A DNA stretch of 64,000 nt from assembly GCA_963812015.1 (NCBI GenBank), contig CAWETI010000003.1, forward strand, positions 1,696,001-1,760,000, in the 5' to 3' direction. Below, one piece after another: positions 44,272 through 54,237 of this stretch. The stretch comes from an uncultured delta proteobacterium. Lineage in GTDB: Bacteria; Desulfobacterota; Desulfobaccia; Desulfobaccales; 0-14-0-80-60-11. Every line of letters starts with the position of its first letter. Position 1 is the stretch's first letter. The position numbers and the translations under genes are program-made. The notes below the pieces were generated by a model. The model did no database searches and was not told the DNA's origin. It saw only the letters and a program-made list of their open reading frames with translations.

Positions 44272-45810
44272 TCAGTCCACCGCTTTGATGCGCCCATCCA
44301 CTTTGGGGACGATGGTTTTCCGGGCCTTGATGGCGGCGATCACCAGATCCCGCAGCCAGGTGCCGGGATCATTATAGGCCAGATTGCTACTGGTGAGTGC
44401 ACCCCCCAGGTTGGCATAATCGCCGGCGCCTTTGAGGGCCTCGCCGAAGACCGTATAACCGTCACCCCCGGCAGCCAAATAATCATTGGTGGCCACCACG
44501 TATACTTTCTGCGGTTCCAGAGGCTTACCCCCGACCGTTACGTCTTTAACCCGGGAGCCCACCGGGGCGCTGCGGCTGTAGGTGAAGGTAAGACCCGATA
44601 CCTGGGGGAAACAGCCGGCTGGCTCCTCCAGGCGGGAGACCCCATATTGCAGGGCCTGTTGGAGCTGCGCCCCGGTCAACTTGATGGCCACCAGGTAGTT
44701 GTCAAAGGGGAGCGCCGCATAGATGTCTTTCACTTCGATTTGGCCCTGCGCAATGCCGGTTCTGATACTGCCGCCGTTGATGAGCGCGGCATCGGCCCTG
44801 GCAGCCTGCCGCATGATATCAGCGATAAAATCGCCCAGGTTGGTTTCGTTGGTTCTCACCTGTTGTCCGTCCAGGTCCACCTGGGCCTCGCCGATAACCT
44901 GATTCAATTTGCCGGCAACCTGGCCCTCATAGCGGGCCACAATCTCCTGGACCTGGGGGTTCGCCTTCCCGTTGGCTGAACTGATTTCCTGGAGGCCACC
45001 CTTGGACTTGACGATTTTTCCACCTATTACTTCCAGGTCCAGAACCCCCAGGGCCTTGGCGTGTTCCCAAGCCTGGACGATGATGGTCTGGCCCACCAAC
45101 TCCGGGTAGAGAATCTTGCTATGGGAATGGCCTCCGACGATGACATCAATACCAGGAACCCTGGCGGCCAGTTCCCGGTCCGCCTGATAGCCGCAGTGCG
45201 ATAGGACGACAATGAGATCGGCCTTGCATTTGAGTTCCGGCAGATACTTCCGGACGGCGCTCTCCGGGGTGCTAAAGGTCAGGCCCGCCACATTCCGGGG
45301 ATGGGTGGCGACCGGGGTATCCTGGGTGACTACGCCGATGATGGCGATTCTAACCCCTTGGAGATTCTTGATCACATAGGGCTTCAGGCACGGCAAGCCC
45401 CCCACGTTGGCTCCCAGCACGGGAAATTTGGCCTGGGCGATCCTCTCTTTCAGCGTCTTAAGCCCAAAATCAAACTCATGGTTGCCTACCACCATGGCAT
45501 CGAACCTCATGGCGTTCATCACCTCAATGACGGATCGGCCCTGAAAAAGATTGGCCCAGGAGTTCCCCTGGATCATATCGCCTGCTGCCAGCAACAAGGA
45601 CGGCAGGTTTCGGCGTTCCCGGGCTACGGCCCCCGCCAGATAGGCGATCCCCCCCAGGGGCGCCTCGCTGCCGGTTGGCTTATACGGTTCGGCAAACCCG
45701 TGAAAATCATTGACATAAAGGATTCTCAGGTCGACCGGGCCCGCCTGAGCCCAGGGCGCCAGGCTTATAACCAGGAAAATGCTGATAAAGGCTATCCAGA
45801 ATTTTTTCAT
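44272..45810 (-). CDS. Secreted 5'-nucleotidase/bifunctional metallophosphatase
   Basis: Signal peptide MKKF; NDFHG, AGD, GNHEFD, GGHSH, ETNLGD, NGGSIR, GGDGY. Confidence 0.95.
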   Translation of the reverse strand: MKKFWIAFISIFLVISLAPWAQAGPVDLRILYVNDFHGFAEPYKPTGSEAPLGGIAYLAGAVARERRNLPSLLLAAGDMIQGNSWANLFQGRSVIEVMNAMRFDAMVVGNHEFDFGLKTLKERIAQAKFPVLGANVGGLPCLKPYVIKNLQGVRIAIIGVVTQDTPVATHPRNVAGLTFSTPESAVRKYLPELKCKADLIVVLSHCGYQADRELAARVPGIDVIVGGHSHSKILYPELVGQTIIVQAWEHAKALGVLDLEVIGGKIVKSKGGLQEISSANGKANPQVQEIVARYEGQVAGKLNQVIGEAQVDLDGQQVRTNETNLGDFIADIMRQAARADAALINGGSIRTGIAQGQIEVKDIYAALPFDNYLVAIKLTGAQLQQALQYGVSRLEEPAGCFPQVSGLTFTYSRSAPVGSRVKDVTVGGKPLEPQKVYVVATNDYLAAGGDGYTVFGEALKGAGDYANLGGALTSSNLAYNDPGTWLRDLVIAAIKARKTIVPKVDGRIKAVD

Positions 45811-46241
45811 GCTCACCTCTCGGAAAAGCCGCCGGGTCGGCGCATGGGTGACTTCACCGGGGAGAGGCCGGGAATTCCCCATGGTTTGATGAAGATGGCG
45901 GCTGGCAGTTAAGCGGGATAAGCAATCGGATTCGGCCCCGCCCTCCCCGCCCCCTGGTAACGGTTTTTTTTAGAGAAACCGAAGGATATTCATTTCAAAG
46001 ACCTATACCCTTAGCGATGCTCAGGCTGCAAGGGAAAACCGCTTTTGAAATAGTTTTTAGTATAGTAGATTATCTAACGTTTAAGGAGGCAATCTTTCCC
46101 TACCCCTCACCCCGAATCCCGCGCCCAGATAATGCTTCAGGTGGGATCGAAACTGTGGTATATGCACTCAAGACAGCGATGACGGGGCGGCCGTCCCTCA
46201 GCCTGGGGAAACCGCCGGATTTTTATCGCGGGAGAACCTCG

Positions 46242-46817
46242 ATGGCCCAGGATAATCCTTCGACCCAGGATATGCAGAGTGTTTTGACGGAAGAGTTCTT
46301 CTATTTTTTCCTGAGATTGCGCAAAACTCGCGTCCGCAAGGTGGTGGAAGCCATCCAGGCCCGCTTCCCCGCGGAAACCCCGGAGGAGCTGGCTCGGCGG
46401 CTCATTAGCGCCCAAACCCAGCTATCTTTTCTGGGGGGCACCCTCCTGCATTTGCCCTTCCTGATTCCCGGCCTGGGGCAGACCCTTCAATTGCTCGGCT
46501 TCGTCGGCGGCGCCTCGTGCCTCACCCGCATGCACCTCTATCTCATTTTGGAAATTGCCCTCGTCTATGGCCAGGACATTGACGACCAGGCCCGCGTCCC
46601 CGAGATGGTGGCGGTAGTCGCCGCCACGGGGTTGGCGGCCTCCACTCCCCTCGTACTCAATGCCTTGGACCTGAACCCCCTGTTGGCTCTGCCCGCGGCA
46701 GGCCTGACGGCCTCTACGGTGGCGCGGCTCATCGGTGAACAAGCCATTCACTTCTACGGCGAGGCCCTGGGAGCGTCCAAGCCGTCCGTGGCATTTTCTG
46801 CTCAGTCCATGGACTGA
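46242..46817 (+). CDS. Hypothetical membrane-associated protein (EcsC-like)
   Basis: GGAG RBS; PAETPEELARRLI...LILEIALVYG; hydrophobic Gly/Ala-rich segments. Confidence 0.65.
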   Translation: MAQDNPSTQDMQSVLTEEFFYFFLRLRKTRVRKVVEAIQARFPAETPEELARRLISAQTQLSFLGGTLLHLPFLIPGLGQTLQLLGFVGGASCLTRMHLYLILEIALVYGQDIDDQARVPEMVAVVAATGLAASTPLVLNALDLNPLLALPAAGLTASTVARLIGEQAIHFYGEALGASKPSVAFSAQSMD

Positions 46818-46934
46818 GCCTACCACCCCCCGGTAAAAATATCTTCCCGCCTTATGACCCCTGCATTTGATCGGAGCGAGACGCCCGGCCACGATAATCC
46901 CCCGGGGATCTCATTACAAGGTATGCTCCTGCAG

Positions 46935-47001
46935 GCTATTTCAAAACCCTGATTAAAAGAGAATTGTCATTTCAGGATGACAAAAACAGGTTTTGAAATG
47001 C
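46935..47001. mobile_element. MITE-like element, same family as 10999-11122
   Basis: GCTATTTCAAAACC...TTGTCATTTCAGGATGACAA...GGTTTTGAAATGC. Confidence 0.6.
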
Positions 47002-47129
47002 TTTAAAAAAAGGCGATTTTGTTGCAAGGAAGCAATTCCAGGCGTCCAATCCGGAATGAAAAAGCACCTGGGCTGAAGGGGATTGAGCCTCGGGTTTTAG
47101 CCCCGGTTCAGGCCTGAGATCATGACAGC

Positions 47130-48311
47130 TTAGCTAATCTCGGCGTCGGTTAGGTAGCAGGCGGGGTCCGGGGCCCAGAGGTCCCCGGTGAGGGCTTCGG
47201 CCCGAACCCGGAAGTTGCCGCCGCAGATGTCCAGCCATTTGCAGCCGGCGCAACGGCCGGTGACGTAGCGCTTCTTGTCTTTGAGGCGGGCCATGAGGGG
47301 ATTGGTCAGATCCGTCCAGATCTCGCTAAAAGGGCGCTCCCGGACGTTGCCGAAGGACTCGTGGCGCCAAAACTGGTCAGCGTGGACTTGGCCGTCCCAA
47401 CTGACGCAGCCGATACCGCGGCCCGAGTTATTCCCTTCGTTCATTTTCAATAGTTCCAGGACTTCCGCGGCCCGGGCCGGGTTTTCCTTGAGCAGTTTGA
47501 GGTAGATGTAGGGGCCGTCGGCGTGGTTGTCCACCGTCAGCACTTCCACGCTCCGGCCCGAGTCAAAGAGGCGCCGGGTGCGGGCGCAGATCAGATCCAC
47601 CAGTTCCCGGGTTTGCCCGTGGGAGAGCGCCTCTTCCACCAGCTTGCTGCCCCGGCCGGCATAGACCAGGTGGTAGAAGCAGATACGGGGAATGTCATAC
47701 TCTTCCACCAGGTCGAAGATGGCCGGCACTTCCTGGAAATTGAGACGGCTCACCGTAAAGCGCAGTCCCACCTTGAGCCCCATCTCCTGGCAGTGGCGCA
47801 CCCCTGCCATCGCCGCGGCAAAGGCCCCGGGGACCCCCCGGAACCGGTCGTGGGTGGCGGCGGTGCCGTCCAGGCTGATGCCCACGTAAGACAGGCCCAG
47901 GTCCCGCAATTGCCGGGCTCTCTCCCGGTCAATGAGGGTGCCGTTGGTGGAAATCACCGCCCGCGTGCCCTGGGCTACGGTCGCCTCCACCAGTTCCGGG
48001 AGGTCCGGCCGCATCAGGGGCTCACCCCCGGAAAATAACACCACCGGGACGCCGAAATCTTTCAGGTTCCGAAGCAGGGCCAGACCTTCAGCAAAGCCCA
48101 GTTCATCCGGTGCCGCGCCCGCCGTGGCCTTGGCGTAGCAGTGGAGGCACTTGAGGTTGCACTGCTTGGTGACATTCCAGACCACCACCGGCTTCTTGTC
48201 GGCGGAAAACTGGAGCAGGTGGGACGGCAGGTCCCGGGCCCGGCGGTCCCGGTAACGCAGCACATCCCCCGCTTCCACCGCGCCGCAATAGAGCTTGGAG
48301 ACTCCGATCAT
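47130..48311 (-). CDS. ahbC: Radical SAM 12,18-didecarboxysiroheme deacetylase / Fe-coproporphyrin synthase (AhbC)
   Basis: MIGVSKLYCG...LPSHLLQFSADKKPVVVWN, CNLKCLHCY, LTVDNHADG, CGGNFRVRA, DPACYL. Confidence 0.93.
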   Translation of the reverse strand: MIGVSKLYCGAVEAGDVLRYRDRRARDLPSHLLQFSADKKPVVVWNVTKQCNLKCLHCYAKATAGAAPDELGFAEGLALLRNLKDFGVPVVLFSGGEPLMRPDLPELVEATVAQGTRAVISTNGTLIDRERARQLRDLGLSYVGISLDGTAATHDRFRGVPGAFAAAMAGVRHCQEMGLKVGLRFTVSRLNFQEVPAIFDLVEEYDIPRICFYHLVYAGRGSKLVEEALSHGQTRELVDLICARTRRLFDSGRSVEVLTVDNHADGPYIYLKLLKENPARAAEVLELLKMNEGNNSGRGIGCVSWDGQVHADQFWRHESFGNVRERPFSEIWTDLTNPLMARLKDKKRYVTGRCAGCKWLDICGGNFRVRAEALTGDLWAPDPACYLTDAEIS

Positions 48312-48319
48312 GAGACGGC

Positions 48320-50071
48320 CTACTCCCTGAACAGGCTGGTTTGGTAATGTTCCCGAATGACCCGGTTGAGATAGGCGTCCAGGTCGCAGAGGGCTTCCCG
48401 GGTCAGGAGAAACTGGTCCTGAGAGGTGCGGTCCCTCACCAGTTTCAGGGCGTATTCCAGGTCCTTGGCCATCTCCTGGCAAATGGCCAGGGCCGAGGTG
48501 TCACGGGCCACGGCCTGCCGGAGGATCTCATCCGTGGCCTCCGGGTCGAAATGCAGCTCGATCCCGTGGGTGTCCAGAAACTTCTCCTCAAAAAGGTGCA
48601 CCTGGTCATGGAGCCGGGCCATTTCTTCAAACGCGGTTTTCAAGTCGCAGTCCCAGTGATGGTACTGATCAGCCAGTAATTCCGCCCGGGCCTCGGTGAG
48701 CGGCAGGTGATACCGGTACAGCAACTCCGATTCCCTTCTCCAGATAGACTGCTGCAAAATCTCCCGTTCCTTTGCCGCCGCCTGGGTGAATCTCGTCTTG
48801 AGATCGGGGTCCTCGGGGTTAGCCAACAGGCGTTCCAGTTCCTCTGCGGCGTGGTCCACCAGTTCCGGCGTGACCACCAATTCCATGACCTGGGTGGAGG
48901 GCAGCCGCTTCTCGAATTGGATGAGGACGCGTTCGATGACGCTCACCAGGCCCCGTGCCCCGGTTTTCTCCAGGGCGGCCCGTTCCGCCAGCATCCGCAA
49001 TGCTTCGTCCTCAAAAACGATGTCGATGCCGTAAGCCCGAAAGTCCCGCTTTTTGCTGGTGATGATGGGATTGTTGGGGTTGTGCAGGATATCATAGAGG
49101 TCCGTGGCCGTAAGTTCCTCCAGCACCGCGATTACCGGCAGGCGGCCCACGAATTCAGATTCAAACCCATAGTTGATCAAGTCTTCCGCGCTCACCTGTT
49201 TGAGGAAGGTCCGGTCATGTTCCCGGGAAGTCATCTCGCCCCGGAAGCCGATCTCTTGCTTGCTGATCCGCTCCTTGACGATCTTGTCCAGGCCAGTGAA
49301 AGCGCCACTGACGATAAATAGGATGTGGCGGGTGTTCAGGGTGCGCTTATCCTTTTTGCCGGTGCGGCGGTAGTGCTCGATGGCCTGAATCTGGGAGACC
49401 GGGTCATGGGCCACCTTCAGGTCCACCTCGGTCTCTTCCATGGGCTTCAACAAGGCCCGCTGGACCCCGGTGCGCGACACATCCGGTCCGCCCCAGGCGT
49501 GGCCGGTGGAGGCGATCTTGTCGATTTCGTCGATATAGATGATGCCGTATTGGGCCAGTTCCAGGTCGTCGCCCGCCGCGTAAACCAGGTCCCGGACCAG
49601 GTCTTCCACATCACCGCCTACGTAGCCGGTTTCGCTGAACTTGGTGGCATCGCCCTTGATGAACGGCACGCCGATTTTCTTGGCAATGAGTTTGACCAGG
49701 TAAGTCTTGCCCACCCCGGTGGGCCCGACCAGGATGATGTTGTTTTTGATGGACCCCACCCCGGGTTCCGGGTCCCTTCCTAATTCCAGGGAATGGCGGA
49801 TCCGATTGAAATGGGTGCAAACTTTAGTCGCCAGGATGCTCTTGGCCAGATCCTGCTTGATCACGTACTCATCAAGATAAGCTTCCAACTCCTCCGGTTT
49901 CAGATCGAATTTAATTCGGCTGAGTTTGGCGCCGGTGCCCTGACCGTCGTCGTCCTTCTCCGGTTTGGCAATCCAATGCGGCGCCAGCACTTTAATCCGG
50001 CTGCCATATTTCTTGGTGAGGTAATCGCTCAGTTCTTTTTCCAGCTCTTTGGGGTCGGGGATTTTTTCCAT
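48320..50071 (-). CDS. ClpX-like AAA+ ATPase without a zinc finger, with a C-terminal extension
   Basis: GPTGVGKT, DATKFSETGYVG, DEIDKI, IGF loop, GARGL. Confidence 0.85.
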   Translation of the reverse strand: MEKIPDPKELEKELSDYLTKKYGSRIKVLAPHWIAKPEKDDDGQGTGAKLSRIKFDLKPEELEAYLDEYVIKQDLAKSILATKVCTHFNRIRHSLELGRDPEPGVGSIKNNIILVGPTGVGKTYLVKLIAKKIGVPFIKGDATKFSETGYVGGDVEDLVRDLVYAAGDDLELAQYGIIYIDEIDKIASTGHAWGGPDVSRTGVQRALLKPMEETEVDLKVAHDPVSQIQAIEHYRRTGKKDKRTLNTRHILFIVSGAFTGLDKIVKERISKQEIGFRGEMTSREHDRTFLKQVSAEDLINYGFESEFVGRLPVIAVLEELTATDLYDILHNPNNPIITSKKRDFRAYGIDIVFEDEALRMLAERAALEKTGARGLVSVIERVLIQFEKRLPSTQVMELVVTPELVDHAAEELERLLANPEDPDLKTRFTQAAAKEREILQQSIWRRESELLYRYHLPLTEARAELLADQYHHWDCDLKTAFEEMARLHDQVHLFEEKFLDTHGIELHFDPEATDEILRQAVARDTSALAICQEMAKDLEYALKLVRDRTSQDQFLLTREALCDLDAYLNRVIREHYQTSLFRE

Positions 50072-50233
50072 AGGATTGTTAGTCTGGCCGGCCAGCGCCG
50101 TAAGGGCCAGCCCGCCTGGTTATTTTTTAAATTATAACCATTATGTCCCGGGGGTTGCAACCTTAGCCGCAAAACGCCTGACATTGAATATATTTGTAAT
50201 AATGCCGATTAGAGTTTCACGGTGGAGGTTGCC

Positions 50234-50521
50234 ATGGACGGATTCGAAGAGATATTACGCCGCAAAGGGTTGCCGGTGGTAGGCACTGTGGTACGCTGCC
50301 GGAGAAGCAACTCCTTGTGGCGGGTTATGGAACGGGAAGTGTGGCGCCAGGTTGAACACGACCCGGAAACTGATGAGGAACAGGTGATTCCCACGTTCTA
50401 CCTCAGTTTCTGGCGTATTGAAGCCGGGATGCCCCCGGGGGTAGGCCAAATGTTGGGACATCTTTATTATCTCAACGATAACTCGTTCGAGGCCAATTGG
50501 GAGATCCTCACCTACCACTGA
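50234..50521 (+). CDS. Hypothetical protein
   Basis: GGAGG RBS before ATG; 95-aa ORF of plausible composition. Confidence 0.7.
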   Translation: MDGFEEILRRKGLPVVGTVVRCRRSNSLWRVMEREVWRQVEHDPETDEEQVIPTFYLSFWRIEAGMPPGVGQMLGHLYYLNDNSFEANWEILTYH

Positions 50522-50798
50522 CTCTCGGCGAAAAGTTTTGGGATTGTATGGGCACCCTGCCGGACATCTCCCTTGAGGTGGGCCCTGCAATTCCTCCCCT
50601 ATGACCGAAAGCATGGTTACTCCGGTTATCTCTTCCCTCGCCAAGATGTCCCCATCGCTCCTCCATGACGATAAGCCGAATCCTGGCGTTTTTCCTCTAA
50701 AGAATAGTTGACCCGCCTTCAACTTCGGCCCACAATAAATATACCAGGTAAATTGCCGGTAGCCGTCGAACCGCGGTTCACTTTGACCCGGGAGGAAT

Positions 50799-51392
50799 AT
50801 GGATTTGTCTTTCCTGAAAGCCCTGGCCCAGGCCCGGCCCGATCCTGGGGGCGGCGCCGCCGCCGCCCATAGCGCCGCCTTGGGCATGGCCTTGCTGGAG
50901 AAAGTGGTCCAACTGGAGCACCGCCGCCGGGGGCCGGGGTCCAAGCTGAAATTTCCCTGGGGTGATCTCCTGGCCCGGGTGAACGTCGTGGCCGCCGCGC
51001 TCCTCCGGTTGCAGACAGAGGATGTCAAAGCCTATTTCCAGCTCAGCCGGGCCCGCACCCAAGGTGACCCCGAGGCGCTCTCGGCTGCCCTTGAGGAGGC
51101 GGTGGCCTGTCCATTAAGGATCATGCAGCAGGTCCAGGAGGGCTTCTGCTTAATTTACCAGGGCGGTTCCCGGTGCAAATTCCACCTGGTGTGCGACCTG
51201 CTGGTGGCCTGCGAGTTGCTGGGGGCAGCCTTCCGGGCCGCGCACCACATCGCCCGAGCCAACCTGCCCCTCATGCGGCCGGACGCCCGGCGCGCCGTCT
51301 GGGACGCGGACCTGACCCATACGCTGGCCGCCGTTGAGTCCGAGTTTCAGCAGGTGAGGGCCGAACTCCTGAAAAGGAAACCATGTCCCTGA
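50799..51392 (+). CDS. Formiminotetrahydrofolate cyclodeaminase/cyclohydrolase-like protein
   Basis: FLKALAQARPDPGGGAAAAH...ED..AY...PL...N (FTCD C-terminal pattern). Confidence 0.8.
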   Translation: MDLSFLKALAQARPDPGGGAAAAHSAALGMALLEKVVQLEHRRRGPGSKLKFPWGDLLARVNVVAAALLRLQTEDVKAYFQLSRARTQGDPEALSAALEEAVACPLRIMQQVQEGFCLIYQGGSRCKFHLVCDLLVACELLGAAFRAAHHIARANLPLMRPDARRAVWDADLTHTLAAVESEFQQVRAELLKRKPCP

Positions 51393-52150
51393 TCATTGCC
51401 GCGGATAACCTCCATGTCCTCAATCCCGCCGTGGCCCAGACCCTCAATACCCTCAACCCCCGGCCTCTCCAGGAGCTGGCCCGGCGCTGTGAACAAGCCG
51501 GTGCCAATCTCCTCGACATCAACCCCGGGTTTTTGCCTCCCCGGCGCCACGATCGCATGGCCTTCATGGTGGAATCGGTGCAGCAGGTCACTAACCTGCG
51601 GCTCATCCTGGACAGTCCCGACGCCCAAGTCCTGGCCCGGGGACTGGCGGTGGCGAATAAGCCGCCCATCCTCAACGCTTGCACCCTGGAGGATGACAAG
51701 CTCCGGGAGATTTTGCCCCTGGCCGCGGCCCACCGGTCTGACCTGGTGCTCCTGTTACTGGACGCCCGGTCCTTCCCCCCGGCCTGGCTGGAAGGAAAAA
51801 TCACCCTGGCCCTGGAACTCCGGGAGCACGCCCTGGCCGCCGGCCTCACGGATCAACAGTTGATCTTCGACCCGGTCCTCCCCAACCTCTCCTGGCCCGA
51901 CGCCTGGGCCCAGATGGGCGAAGTTATCAAGACCGTGCGTCTTTTGCATGGGGGCGAAGTTTGGGAGGGGCCGGCCCGGACCATGGCGGGGCTCTCCAAC
52001 CTGAGGAGCGGCCTGCGCCACACCTACCCGGTGCGGATGGAGGAGACCGCGCTGGGCCTTTTGGCCGGAGCCGGGCTCAAGCTGGCTCTCCTGGATGTGC
52101 TGCAACCCGGACTGATGGAGACCGTCAGGGTTATCAACCAGGTGGTGTAA
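51383..52150 (+). CDS. Pterin-binding methyltransferase-like protein (AcsE/MetH pterin domain)
   Basis: GANLLDINPG, LILDSPD, PILNA, FDP, GLSN; overlaps the upstream stop. Confidence 0.8.
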   Translation: MSLIIAADNLHVLNPAVAQTLNTLNPRPLQELARRCEQAGANLLDINPGFLPPRRHDRMAFMVESVQQVTNLRLILDSPDAQVLARGLAVANKPPILNACTLEDDKLREILPLAAAHRSDLVLLLLDARSFPPAWLEGKITLALELREHALAAGLTDQQLIFDPVLPNLSWPDAWAQMGEVIKTVRLLHGGEVWEGPARTMAGLSNLRSGLRHTYPVRMEETALGLLAGAGLKLALLDVLQPGLMETVRVINQVV

Positions 52151-52248
52151 TTTTCCCTTTGGTCTTTCCAGTTAAAATTGTACAATTAATGTAAGGGCTT
52201 AATAACTCAATTTAAAAGCTTCGCCTCTCTCTATCCCCAAATAAGGGA

Positions 52249-54015
52249 TTGGGGGAGGGGGAAAGGGCACTTACGAAAAAGCCCTCTGCCCCGGAAGCAA
52301 TCTCCACCAATCACCCAAGCGAGGGATCCTCTATCCACCGTCCGTTAGGTAATCTCACCGGCTTAAAAACCCATCACTACCGGGCCTTAGAGCGGTTATA
52401 CCGCCGCAAGGTGCCGCCGGCCCAACTGCTTACCCCGGAGTTGGCCCGGCAATTGGCGGAAATCTCCGCCGAGATGCGCCGCCAAATCGGGGTCCTGGTG
52501 GACCGCCAGGGCGCGGTGGCCTATGTTATCGTGGGGGACGCCAAGGGCCTCCTCATCCCCACCCTGCCCCGGGAGCGCGGCGTCAAGGGCCGCCTCAAGG
52601 GCCTTAGGCTGATCCACACCCACCTGGACGCCAGCCCCTTGAGCCAGGATGACCTCATGGACCTGGCTTTGCTCCGACTGGACGCAGTGGCCGCCTTGAG
52701 CGTGGCCGACGGCCAGTCGGGCGCCCTCCAGGTGGCTCACCTCCTGCCTCAGCCGGTGGACGGCCAGAGTTGGGCCATCCTCAATGCCCGGCAGGTGGGT
52801 GCCCTGGAGCTGGATTTCGAAGCCCTGGTGGTTTCCCTGGAAGCGGAATTCTCCCGCCTGGCGCCAGCCGGTGCGGGCCACAGCCGGGAACGGGCCATTT
52901 TGATCGGCGTCACCGGGGCCAATCGCCTCGCGGCCGAGGATTCCCTGGAAGAGCTTACGGAACTGGCCCGCTCCGCCGGCCTGGAAGTGGCCGCCACCAT
53001 CATTCAGCGCCGCCCCCGGTTCGATCCCCGTTTCCTCATGGGCAAGGGCAAGCTTTCGGAACTGGTCGTCCAGGCCCTCCAAGTGGGGGCCGATATGCTG
53101 GTGTTCGACGCCGAGCTCAGCCCTTCCCAGGTGCGTTCCATCACGGACTTCACCGAACTCAAGGTCATCGACCGCACCCAGATCATTCTGGACCTCTTTG
53201 CCCAGCGGGCCCGCAGCCGGGAAGGCAAATTGCAGGTGGAAATGGCGCAGGTCAAATATCTCCTGCCCAGGCTGGTGGGCAAGGGCGACGCCCTGTCCCG
53301 GCTCATGGGGGGCATCGGCGGCCGGGGCCCCGGGGAGTCCAAGCTCGAGATGGACCGCCGCCGCCTGAGGGACCGCCTCCACCGGCTGCAGCAGGACCTC
53401 TCCCGGGTGGCCAACGAACGCCGGGAGCGCCGCCAACCCCGCCGCCGTCTGGGCCTGCCCATCCTCTCCATTATCGGCTATACCAACGCCGGGAAATCAA
53501 CCCTGTTCAATGCCCTGACCCACGCCGCGGTCCCGGCTGAAGACCGGCTCTTCGCCACTCTGGACCCCACCAGCCGGCGTCTCCGCTTCCCCAAGGAAAG
53601 GGAGGTCATCATTACGGATACGGTGGGGTTCATCAAAAACCTACCCAAGCATCTCCTGGAGGCCTTTAAGGCCACCCTGGAGGAACTGGAGGACGCCGAC
53701 CTCCTTATCCACGTGGTTGACCTGAGCAATCCCCGCTTCATCGAGCAGATGGCCGCAGTGGACGACATCCTGGCATCCCTGGCCCTCCAGGACAAGCCGG
53801 TGTTGATGGTTTTTAACAAGCGGGACCTGGTGGACCCCAACCTGGCGGCCCTGCAATGCCGCATCCACCGGGGGGTGGCCATCTCGGCCCTGGACGAATC
53901 CACCCTGCCACTCCTCATGGCCCGCCTGGAGGCCAAAGTGGAGGAGGTGCTGGCCCGCCGGGGGACCGGCCCCCCCAAGCCGGAGCCGACGTTTCAGGAC
54001 GCAGCCGTGGAATGA
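52249..54015 (+). CDS. hflX: GTPase HflX, long form (true start probably near 52333)
   Basis: GNLTGLK N-terminal extension, DRTQIILDLFAQRA, GPGESKLE, GYTNAGKST, DTVGF, NKRD. Confidence 0.95.
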   Translation: MGEGERALTKKPSAPEAISTNHPSEGSSIHRPLGNLTGLKTHHYRALERLYRRKVPPAQLLTPELARQLAEISAEMRRQIGVLVDRQGAVAYVIVGDAKGLLIPTLPRERGVKGRLKGLRLIHTHLDASPLSQDDLMDLALLRLDAVAALSVADGQSGALQVAHLLPQPVDGQSWAILNARQVGALELDFEALVVSLEAEFSRLAPAGAGHSRERAILIGVTGANRLAAEDSLEELTELARSAGLEVAATIIQRRPRFDPRFLMGKGKLSELVVQALQVGADMLVFDAELSPSQVRSITDFTELKVIDRTQIILDLFAQRARSREGKLQVEMAQVKYLLPRLVGKGDALSRLMGGIGGRGPGESKLEMDRRRLRDRLHRLQQDLSRVANERRERRQPRRRLGLPILSIIGYTNAGKSTLFNALTHAAVPAEDRLFATLDPTSRRLRFPKEREVIITDTVGFIKNLPKHLLEAFKATLEELEDADLLIHVVDLSNPRFIEQMAAVDDILASLALQDKPVLMVFNKRDLVDPNLAALQCRIHRGVAISALDESTLPLLMARLEAKVEEVLARRGTGPPKPEPTFQDAAVE

Positions 54016-54035
54016 GCCGGCCGGGACCCGCCAGC

Positions 54036-54182
54036 CTAGTGTTGCGTCCCAGATATATCTTGCAAAAATATTTCCCCATGTTTGGGAGGTTTTCGTAGGG
54101 GCGGTTCGCGAACCGCCCCTACGATAGCCTCTGGGAATGAAAGTCGGCAATTGTAAGTCCAGTAGGGTGCGAACCGCGCACC
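54036..54182. repeat. 34-bp repeat copy plus GTAG REP palindromes
   Basis: 54036-54068 matches 22896-22929; perfect palindrome CGTAGGGGCGGTTCGCGAACCGCCCCTACG at 54094-54123; GTAGGGTGCGAACCGCGCACC at 54162-54182. Confidence 0.8.
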
Positions 54183-54237
54183 TTTTCTTTTTCTGAAGGG
54201 TATGGGGATGGTTCTCCCCGGCCTTATCCCAAAATCC

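Noticed and set aside
50522..50798. Possible gene fragment on the minus strand (part of ORF 50255-51028)
   Set aside because: It overlaps two better-supported plus-strand genes and has no recognisable motif.
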